Origin: Atopobiaceae bacterium
GTDB lineage: Bacteria; Actinomycetota; Coriobacteriia; Coriobacteriales; Atopobiaceae
Length of the DNA stretch: 24,000 nt
Assembly (NCBI GenBank): GCA_017941705.1
Contig: JAGAVX010000102.1
Location: forward strand, 7,286-31,285
Direction of reading: 5' to 3'
The notes under the pieces were generated by a model, which saw only the letters and a list, made by a program, of their open reading frames with translations, made no database searches and was not told the origin of the DNA. The position numbers and the translations under genes are program-made. Shown here piece by piece: positions 9,742 to 16,428 of this stretch. Every line of letters begins with the position of its first letter. Position 1 is the stretch's first letter.

Positions 9742-10563
9742 ATGCGTTTTGTGCAAGGTGGTGTTGGCATGGATTTGTTTCTGATGGCCTTTGTCGTTGC
9801 GCTGGTGTTCAGCAGCATCGGCTTCAAGAAGTACGTTTGGTTCATATCAATTGGCTATGGGTTCTCCGTCGCGGCTATTGGCATCGCGTTTCTGATCGCC
9901 GCACGGGCGTATCTTGAGCCTGCCACGATTGCCGCCTGCCTCCTCTTTGTGGTCTACGGCCTGCGCCTGGGTGGTTACCTGGCGATTCGCGAGCTCAAAA
10001 GCTCCAGCTACAACGCAAAGATGAAGACCGAGATCAAGTCTGGCACCGACATGTCGCTTGTGGCAAAGTGCGGCATTTGGGTATCGGCCGCCCTGCTCTA
10101 TGCGGCCGAGACGGCGCCCGTCGCCTTTCGCCTCTCCGCTCATGTGGGCACCGACGCGCTGCTAATCGTGGGGATGCTTGTGAGCGTGGCTGGGCTTGTG
10201 GTCGAATCGATGGCCGACGCCCAGAAGAACGATGCAAAGAAGGTCAACCCGCGGCGCTTTGTTGACACCGGGCTCTATCGCATCGTGCGCTGCCCCAACT
10301 ACTTTGGCGAAATGCTCTTTTGGACGGGGGTCTTTGTGGGCGGGCTTCCCGTGTACCACGGCGTGGGGCAGTGGCTTGTGGCCCTGCTGGGCTATGTCGG
10401 CATCATCTATGTCATGTTTGGCGGTGCGCGCAGGCTCGAGCTGCGTCAGGATCGAACCTACGGCGACGACCCTGCCTACCAGCGCTACGTGCGTACGACC
10501 CCCATCATGATCCCCCTCGTCCCGCTCTATAGCGTGAAGAAGTACGCATGGCTTGTGGCGTGA
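9742..10563 (+). CDS. DUF1295 / steroid-5-alpha-reductase-ICMT-like polytopic membrane protein
   Basis: Multi-TM protein with the family block GLYRIVRCPNYFGEMLFWTGVF (compare RHPNYFGE). The start could instead be ATG 9769 (MDLFLMAF...). Confidence 0.7.
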   Translation: MRFVQGGVGMDLFLMAFVVALVFSSIGFKKYVWFISIGYGFSVAAIGIAFLIAARAYLEPATIAACLLFVVYGLRLGGYLAIRELKSSSYNAKMKTEIKSGTDMSLVAKCGIWVSAALLYAAETAPVAFRLSAHVGTDALLIVGMLVSVAGLVVESMADAQKNDAKKVNPRRFVDTGLYRIVRCPNYFGEMLFWTGVFVGGLPVYHGVGQWLVALLGYVGIIYVMFGGARRLELRQDRTYGDDPAYQRYVRTTPIMIPLVPLYSVKKYAWLVA

Positions 10564-11043
10564 GGGAAGATCAAGGTCAGGCGTTCAATTGGCAGCTTGC
10601 CGTGGTCGACATGCTGCCGGTGGCGTTCTTTGGGCTGGCAACCTTTGTGCTGGGCGGTCGGCTGGGCAGCGCGTCCTTCTCCCTGGGGGGCGCTTCTCTG
10701 TCTTCTTGCGGGAGCGGGAAAGGTGCTGTGGAAGCTGCTCATTGCCCTGTGGGGAAGGGATGTGTCCGTCCTGGGGGCCCAGCTTCGCTTTCTCATGCCA
10801 GCGGGCTTTCTCCTGATGGCCATAGGTGCGGCGACGGCCGACCAAGAGGCGGCAAATCAACTGCTCGCTGCTGCGGCTCGGCCGCCTTCGGCGGTGTGCT
10901 TCGCGCTCACCCTTGTGGGCATGTGCGCCATGATCTTCTGTGCCAGGCGGTTTGACCGCTACGACGTAAGGGGCAACTGGATCGAGCAGGGCATCAACGC
11001 CGTCGCTCAGGGGTGCCTCTTGCTGGGGGTCCTGTTCCTGTAG
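10560..11043 (+). pseudogene. small (~160 aa if repaired) 4-TM membrane protein, apparently interrupted by a +1 frameshift at a G6 run (10685-10690)
   Basis: Up to ~10690 the frame of 10548/10560 reads membrane-like (NWQLAVVDMLPVAFFGLATFVLGGRLGSASFSLGG) with G/C-rich third positions. Over the same stretch the ORF-track frame (10597) reads W/R/C-rich junk (MPWSTCCRWRSLGWQPLCW). After the G run the 10597 frame becomes the plausible one (ALLCLLAGAGKVLWKLLIALW...GVLFL). GTG 10560 overlaps the upstream TGA (GTGA coupling). Confidence 0.5.
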
Positions 11044-11190
11044 CGCATGGGGCGGGATTGCGCGCTCTCGCCGGCGCGCGAGCTGCGCGTGCCCTCGTGG
11101 CGAGGCGCCTGGGCATGCGGCGCATTGTCATGTGCAGGGGAGTCATATCCCGTAGTACCATGAGAGACTAGCGTAAGGGAGGGAGCCGCT

Positions 11191-11961
11191 ATGAAAGTGC
11201 TGGAAGTCAAGGGCGTGCGTGTGGGCGAGGGGCGTCCCAAGACCATCGTCTCGCTGATGGAACGAGACGTGACGGGGCTGCTTGCCAAGGCCGATCAAGC
11301 GCAGTCCGCGCGCGCCGACTGCCTCGAGTGGCGAGCCGACCACTTTGCTCAGATGGATAGTCCAGAGGCGGTCGCGGGGGCCTGCCGCGAACTCATGAGC
11401 GTCTGTCCCAAGACGCCGCTTATCGCCACGCTGCGCACCAAGGGCCAAGGCGGAGAGGCCGAGCTGTCGGTCGAGCGCCACCTGTCCTTGCTGCGCGCGC
11501 TCATATGCGAAGGCCGCCCCGATCTTGTCGATATCGAGCTTGGCGTGGGCGACGATGAGGTGCGCGAGCTGGTGGCCTTGGCGCATGAGCACGGAAGCCA
11601 TGCGATTGTCTCGCACCACGACTTTGATGCGACGCCTTCCGAGGGGGAGATGGAGTCGCTGCTGCTACACATGGCAGAGCTAGGCGCCGACATCCCCAAG
11701 CTTGCCGTTATGGCACGTCGCTCCCAGGATGCCCATGCGCTCATGCGTGCGACGGCGCAGGCGCACGAGAAGGTCGACGTTCCGCTGATCACGATGGCCA
11801 TGGGCACGGCTGGCCAGACCACGAGGCTAACGGGCGAGGTCTTTGGCAGCGCCATGACATTCTGCGCGTTGGGAAGGGCGTCCGCGCCAGGGCAGGTGGA
11901 GTTGGAAAGCGCCCTCGTCACCCTCGGTGCGATCCATCGCGACCGCACGGCGGGGGAGTAG
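11191..11961 (+). CDS. aroD: type I 3-dehydroquinate dehydratase
   Basis: Collinear similarity to E. coli AroD as I recall it: KTIVSLM, LEWRADHF, ATLRTKGQGGE, VSHHDFDATP, IPKLAVMA (Schiff-base Lys block), ITMAMG and SAPGQ. The RBS is AAGGGAGGGA. Confidence 0.92.
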   Translation: MKVLEVKGVRVGEGRPKTIVSLMERDVTGLLAKADQAQSARADCLEWRADHFAQMDSPEAVAGACRELMSVCPKTPLIATLRTKGQGGEAELSVERHLSLLRALICEGRPDLVDIELGVGDDEVRELVALAHEHGSHAIVSHHDFDATPSEGEMESLLLHMAELGADIPKLAVMARRSQDAHALMRATAQAHEKVDVPLITMAMGTAGQTTRLTGEVFGSAMTFCALGRASAPGQVELESALVTLGAIHRDRTAGE

Positions 11962-12002
11962 GCCTATACTCGTTGCACAACGCATCTACGCTAGGAGGAA
12001 CC

Positions 12003-12644
12003 ATGCAGCTCAACGCCATGATCGATCACACCAATCTCAAGCAGGATGCCCGTCGCGCCGACATCGAGCGCCTTTGTGACGAGGCCGTGCAGTATGGCTT
12101 TGCCACCGTGTGCGTCAATTCCTGCTGGGTTTCGCTGGCGGCCGCGCTTCTCGCCGAGACGAACATCGGCGTGACCACGGTGGTCGGTTTCCCGCTGGGT
12201 GCCGCCTCGACGCAGGCGAAGGTCGCCGAGACCATACAGGCAGTTGCCGACGGGGCCGACGAAATCGACATGGTGCTCAACGTCGGGCGCTGCAAGGACG
12301 GTGACGATGACTTCTGCACGGAGGACATCGCAGCCGTTGTCAAAGCCGCTGGTGATGCCACCGTCAAGGTCATCCTCGAGTGCTGCCTGCTGAACGACAA
12401 CGAGATCGTGCGTGCCTGCGAGGACTCGGTTGCAGCCGGTGCCGACTTCGTCAAGACGAGTACGGGCTTTTCGAAGGGCGGGGCGACAATCCATGACGTG
12501 GAGCTCATGCGCAAGACCGTGGGTGACCGCTGCAAGGTCAAGGCCGCTGGTGGCATGCACGCCCGCGCTGAGGCTGAGGCCATGGTCCAGGCCGGCGCCG
12601 ATCGCCTAGGCACCAGCGCCAGCATCGCCATTGTGGAGGGCTGA
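12003..12644 (+). CDS. deoC: deoxyribose-phosphate aldolase
   Basis: AGGAGGA RBS sits 3 nt before ATG 12003; the ORF-track start at 11973 lacks an RBS. Motifs: IDHTNLK, VCVN, VVGFPLGA, EIDMVLN, VKVILE, FVKTSTGF (Schiff-base Lys) and KAAGG. Confidence 0.9.
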   Translation: MQLNAMIDHTNLKQDARRADIERLCDEAVQYGFATVCVNSCWVSLAAALLAETNIGVTTVVGFPLGAASTQAKVAETIQAVADGADEIDMVLNVGRCKDGDDDFCTEDIAAVVKAAGDATVKVILECCLLNDNEIVRACEDSVAAGADFVKTSTGFSKGGATIHDVELMRKTVGDRCKVKAAGGMHARAEAEAMVQAGADRLGTSASIAIVEG

Positions 12645-12646
12645 GC

Positions 12647-13645
12647 ATGCCCGTGAGTTTTGCCGACCTCTATGGCCGCCTGATTGACCTGCACCTGCAT
12701 ATCGATGGCTCGATCAGCGTGCCTGCCGCGCGCAGGCTTGCCGAGCTTGACGGACGTCCCATCGACCTCACTGATGCCGAGGTATTCGACCGGCTCTCGG
12801 TGGGAGAGGAATGCGAGGACCTCAACGAGTATCTGGACAAGTTCTCGTTTCCGCTCTCGCTTGTGCAGACGAGCACGCAGATCGAGGAGAGCGTCTACCT
12901 GCTCCAGGAGGAGCTGCGCGAGCAAGGCTACGCATATGCCGAGCTTCGTTTTGCGCCGCAATCCCAATGTGCCCGTGGGCTGACGCAGCGGGAGGTGATC
13001 GAGGCATCGCTGGCGGGGCTTAGCCGTTCGAGCTTCGAGGCACGTCTCATCCTTTGCTGCATGCGCGGGGACGACACGCTTGCGGCAAACCTCGAGACAG
13101 TCGAGCTGGCCGCAGAGTATCTCGGCAACGAGATCGTGGCGATTGACCTTGCCGGCGCGGAGGCGCTCTTCCCTACGAGCGACTATGCGCCGGTCTTTGC
13201 GCGGGCCCGCGAGCTGGGCGTCCCCTTTACCATTCACGCCGGCGAGGCAGGTGGTCCCAAGAGCGTGCGAGCGGCGCTCGATATGGGCGCCACGCGCATT
13301 GGCCACGGCGTGCGGGCAGTCGAGGACTCCAGCCTGGTCGCGGAGCTCGCCGAGCGAAGGATGCCTCTGGAAGTCTGCTTTACCTCCGAGGTCCAGACGG
13401 GTGCCCTGGAGTCATATCGTCATGCGGGATCATTGCGCCAGCTTCTGGATGCAGGTTGCATGGTGACCATCAACAGCGACAACTGCTCCGTCTCGAACAC
13501 GTGGGCCGCACGCGAGCTGGTAATCGTGTCGGAGGCGCTAGGCCTCACGCAGGCAGAGGTTGACCAGCTGCTGCTCAATGCGGTTGAGGCGTCCTTTGCC
13601 GACGAGGCGACCAAGCATCGCTTGCGCGAGATTGTGGTGCGCTAA
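12647..13645 (+). CDS. add: adenosine deaminase
   Basis: ATG lies 2 nt after the deoC stop. Metal and catalytic blocks present: DLHLHIDGS, YAELRFAPQ, IDLAGAE, FTIHAGE, RIGHG and VTINSDN. Confidence 0.9.
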   Translation: MPVSFADLYGRLIDLHLHIDGSISVPAARRLAELDGRPIDLTDAEVFDRLSVGEECEDLNEYLDKFSFPLSLVQTSTQIEESVYLLQEELREQGYAYAELRFAPQSQCARGLTQREVIEASLAGLSRSSFEARLILCCMRGDDTLAANLETVELAAEYLGNEIVAIDLAGAEALFPTSDYAPVFARARELGVPFTIHAGEAGGPKSVRAALDMGATRIGHGVRAVEDSSLVAELAERRMPLEVCFTSEVQTGALESYRHAGSLRQLLDAGCMVTINSDNCSVSNTWAARELVIVSEALGLTQAEVDQLLLNAVEASFADEATKHRLREIVVR

Positions 13646-13652
13646 GAGAGCG

Positions 13653-14513
13653 CTAACGCAACTCCACTGTGCCAAATCCCGCCTTGCACGCGAGGGCTTC
13701 GAGCTCGACCATGCGCTCGTCAGTCGGCGATTCGGCGTCAGCCAGCTCTCCCACTACGCCAAACCTGCGGAACCTGATGAGTTTGAGCTTGGTCGACGCA
13801 ATCTTGCTGCCCAGTGTCGAGGCAATGCCGGCAATGGTCTCCTCGGGGTCGTTCCATCCGGGCACGACCACGATGCGCAGCTCCTCGATCTTGTCGTGTT
13901 CGGCAAGGAGGGCAAGGTTGCGCTTGACCACGCTTGCGTCACCGTTCGTGAGCCGCTTGAACACGTCAGTGTCCCATGCCTTGATGTCGAGCATCACGCC
14001 GTCGGCCACCTCGAGCAGGTCCTCGTGCTCCCAGAACGGCACGCATCCGTTACTGTCTATCAACGTTCCGAGGCCGGCCCCGCGGCAGAGGCTGAACAGC
14101 TCGCGCATCCAATCTGGGTGCAGCATGCACTCGCCTCCCGAGACGGTGATGCCACGGATGAACGGCTGGTACGAGTGCACGACCTCGAATACCTCGCTCG
14201 GCGTGAGCCGCTCGATCTTGGGGCTGGCCTTGTGAGGGCACACATGAATGCAGGTGTCGCACTGCACGCAGGCGTCTTTGTTCCACATCACCTGTTTGCC
14301 CTGCTTGTGCAGCGCGCCAGCCGGACACTGCTCGACGCACAGCCCGCACGCAACGCACAGGTTCTGCGTCTCGGGGTTGTGGCAGTACTTGCAGGCGATG
14401 TTGCACCCCTGCAGAAAGATGGAGCATCGCGATCCCGGACCATCGACTAGCGAAAACGGTATGACCTTATTCACGGGTGCGGTAAGACTATCAGCCAAGG
14501 CCATCATGAACAC
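13653..14513 (-). CDS. yjjW: glycyl-radical enzyme activating protein (radical SAM, YjjW type, 286 aa)
   Basis: VDGPGSRCSIFLQGCNIACKYCHNPE carries the CX3CX2C radical-SAM cluster. Two ferredoxin-like motifs follow: CVACGLCVEQCP and CVQCDTCIHVCP. It lies directly downstream of the glycyl-radical enzyme. The start is GTG 14513 or ATG 14507/14504. Confidence 0.8.
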   Translation of the reverse strand: MFMMALADSLTAPVNKVIPFSLVDGPGSRCSIFLQGCNIACKYCHNPETQNLCVACGLCVEQCPAGALHKQGKQVMWNKDACVQCDTCIHVCPHKASPKIERLTPSEVFEVVHSYQPFIRGITVSGGECMLHPDWMRELFSLCRGAGLGTLIDSNGCVPFWEHEDLLEVADGVMLDIKAWDTDVFKRLTNGDASVVKRNLALLAEHDKIEELRIVVVPGWNDPEETIAGIASTLGSKIASTKLKLIRFRRFGVVGELADAESPTDERMVELEALACKAGFGTVELR

Positions 14514-14560
14514 TCTTTCATGTTAATTGATGTTCCCCGCCGCGATGGCGAGGACAAAGA

Positions 14561-14705
14561 AAGGGGATGCAAGCGTGCCTTCCCCTTGGAGCTTGGGGTG
14601 ATACGAAAGCCCGACCTTCATGCTTCCGGCGACCTCTGAGCCGCTTGGTCTATCAGCTCTTCTTGACGAGTCAGGCGAAGCGTGAGCCGGAAGCATGAAG
14701 GTCGG
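14561..14705 (-). promoter_or_regulatory. structured intercistronic region between yjjI and yjjW: a long-range 20-bp stem plus a terminator-like hairpin
   Basis: Perfect inverted repeat CCGACCTTCATGCTTCCGGC (14611-14630) pairs with GCCGGAAGCATGAAGGTCGG (14686-14705), with a 55-nt spacer. A second hairpin AAGGGGA (14561-14567) pairs with TCCCCTT (14581-14587). On the minus strand the second hairpin is followed by TCTTTGT. Confidence 0.5.
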
Positions 14706-14718
14706 ACATAGGTTTGTG

Positions 14719-16233
14719 TTATCCCAGACGCACCTTTCGATCGGCCAGGTCGTTGGCGCGCCAGTTGCCCTCGCCATCGTGGCTGGTGTCGGCCAGCACT
14801 GCCTCGCCGCGTGCGAACTTCTCCATCTCGGAGCGCTTGACGAGGAAGCCCGTAATGCGCACGAGGTCGGAATCGCTGGGATAGAACGAGAGGTACTTGT
14901 CGTCCACGGCGAACGCGCCCTTGACCACATCGAGCAGGGCATCCACGTTCTGGGCAGCCGTGGGCTCGACGGGGAAGATGTCGCTCACGCCAGCGGTGAA
15001 GAAGCGGTGCATGCGCGCGCAGTGGCGAATGTGGTCAAAGAAGACCTCGGGTTCGGAGCCGACGCGGATGCGCACGCCGGGGGTCGAGGAAGTCTGGTCA
15101 CCAAAGCCGGCCTGGGCATGCATCATGTATTTGCCGCCACCAGCCTCGGAGTACGGCGCGTCCCAAGCCTGAACCTGAGCGGTCATCTTGGTCATGATCT
15201 CGTCGGCAAGGTCGTTCGCCTCGGGGTCGCTGCCATAGACATGGTCGGGTCCGAGCAGCTTCTCGATGCACTCGTGCATGCCGATCATGCCGAACATGCC
15301 CACAAAGCGCTCGCGTTCGATGAGGCCTTCCTTCACGAGGAACGAGGTCTGGAAGAAGTTGGAGTCCTCGACGAGGAACTTGATGCGTGCGTCCATGTAT
15401 TCGAGCAGTGCGCCGGTCGCGTTGGGGAGCAGCTCGTTCATGAAGTGGTCCACGCTGGTGGCAAGGTCAGCGAGCTGGCTGAGCTTGACGCGGTCGAGGC
15501 AGTAGGCGCCGCCACGCACGGGCAGCACGTTGTAGCAGCTGACGACGGTGTAGGCGTCCTTGGGGCCGTCCTGGGCCAGCGGATAGATGTCACGCAGCAT
15601 GCGGTCGTTGGCATATGCGGGATTGGCGCAGGCCATGGAGGTCTGCAGGGCCAGGCGAGCGAAGTCGTCAGGCGTCACCTCGGGGTCATACTTGAGCGTG
15701 AAGTTTGGCACGGCGTTTTGGACCTCGGCGTCTGCCTTGAGGAGCAGGCGACCGGCGCGCGTGTCCTCGGGACCAAGGTTTGCGTGGCAGTAGCCGCTGG
15801 CCACGGTGCGATCGATGTAGTTGAGGAAGCGCTTGAAGCGAGGGAGGATCTCCTCGTCGGAGAGACCGTCCAGGAACGGGTCGAAGACGCGGTCGAGCTG
15901 GCCGACGTAGACCGGGCGACCGGTGACGGAGGGGACGTTCTGGTACAGGATCTGCAGGTTCATGAGCAGGTCGTCGAGGTTGTCCGGTGCGTCGAGGCGC
16001 AGGAAGTCGCTGCCTTGGCGAGCGAAGCGCTCCATGTCGCAGCAGATGTAGCGTGGACGGTACGGGGCATTGCCCTCATGCATGTCGCAGATGGCGTCAC
16101 GCTCAAAGAACCAGTCGAACTCAGGAGTCGTGGGAATGGGGTGCTCGCAGTTCTCAGCCGCCTGGGCCAGGTGAATCAGCTTCTGGCCATAGGTGAGGTT
16201 GCCTGCCGTGATGATGTCCATGAACTCGCTCAT
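14719..16233 (-). CDS. yjjI: YjjI-family (DUF3029) short glycyl-radical enzyme, 504 aa, substrate unknown
   Basis: ATG 16233 has a GGAGG RBS 5 nt upstream; the ORF-track extension to 16386 runs through a palindrome and is rejected. The C-terminal glycyl-radical-type motif is DLVRITGFLV (Gly codon 14848-14850, 42 aa from the C-terminus). The ~500-aa size and the adjacent YjjW-type activase match the E. coli yjjI/yjjW pair. Confidence 0.7.
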   Translation of the reverse strand: MSEFMDIITAGNLTYGQKLIHLAQAAENCEHPIPTTPEFDWFFERDAICDMHEGNAPYRPRYICCDMERFARQGSDFLRLDAPDNLDDLLMNLQILYQNVPSVTGRPVYVGQLDRVFDPFLDGLSDEEILPRFKRFLNYIDRTVASGYCHANLGPEDTRAGRLLLKADAEVQNAVPNFTLKYDPEVTPDDFARLALQTSMACANPAYANDRMLRDIYPLAQDGPKDAYTVVSCYNVLPVRGGAYCLDRVKLSQLADLATSVDHFMNELLPNATGALLEYMDARIKFLVEDSNFFQTSFLVKEGLIERERFVGMFGMIGMHECIEKLLGPDHVYGSDPEANDLADEIMTKMTAQVQAWDAPYSEAGGGKYMMHAQAGFGDQTSSTPGVRIRVGSEPEVFFDHIRHCARMHRFFTAGVSDIFPVEPTAAQNVDALLDVVKGAFAVDDKYLSFYPSDSDLVRITGFLVKRSEMEKFARGEAVLADTSHDGEGNWRANDLADRKVRLG

Positions 16234-16270
16234 GTGCGCCTCCGCGTGCGATGTGTCGTTAGTTGCCGTA

Positions 16271-16276
16271 ATGATA
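16271..16276 (-). promoter_or_regulatory. candidate -10 element (TATCAT on the minus strand) for yjjI-yjjW
   Basis: The minus strand reads GCGCGCGTTATCATTACGG about 38 nt upstream of ATG 16233 and downstream of the 37-bp hairpin. A similar CGTATCAT lies upstream of psuK (19472-19477). Pattern match only. Confidence 0.25.
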
Positions 16277-16330
16277 ACGCGCGCGCGAGCTGTCGCATGG
16301 GTGGGTAGAGAAGAAGCACAAGAAGCTGTG

Positions 16331-16413
16331 CGGCACGCCTGCTCCCCGGGAAGAGCTGTGCCATGGGACATGTTGCCCCATGGCACAGCTCTTCCCGGGG
16401 AGCAGGCGTGCCG
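16331..16413 (-). terminator. perfect 37-bp inverted repeat (83-nt hairpin) between the DUF1963 gene and yjjI; probable, unusually long, terminator
   Basis: CGGCACGCCTGCTCCCCGGGAAGAGCTGTGCCATGGG (16331-16367) is the exact reverse complement of 16377-16413, with a 9-nt loop ACATGTTGC. It starts 15 nt after the DUF1963 stop. On the minus strand a pyrimidine/U-rich stretch follows (CACAGCTTCTTGTGCTTCTTCTCT). Confidence 0.6.
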
Positions 16414-16428
16414 CTGGATGAATTGCTC

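Noticed and set aside
10597-10684. N-terminal part of the 148-aa ORF starting at TTG 10597
   Set aside because: The peptide MPWSTCCRWRSLGWQPLCWAVGWAARPSPWG is W/R/C-rich with poor third-position bias. The neighbouring frame is coding-like here, so I interpret the locus as a frameshifted gene instead.
12026-13306. 426-aa minus-strand ORF across deoC and add
   Set aside because: It spans two well-supported plus-strand genes and has no motifs, so it is an antisense shadow.
13560-14450. 296-aa plus-strand ORF overlapping the 3' end of add and the whole activase gene
   Set aside because: The minus strand encodes a canonical radical-SAM activase (CX3CX2C plus ferredoxin motifs). The plus-frame product has no recognisable features.
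16278-16287. (CG)5 alternating tract upstream of yjjI as a possible Z-DNA or regulatory element
   Set aside because: It is only 10 nt long in a GC-rich genome, which is too short to be distinguished from chance.
16234-16386. N-terminal 51-codon extension of the yjjI ORF (ORF-track start at 16386)
   Set aside because: The extension runs through the 37-bp palindrome and has no RBS. ATG 16233 has GGAGG 5 nt upstream and gives a family-typical length.
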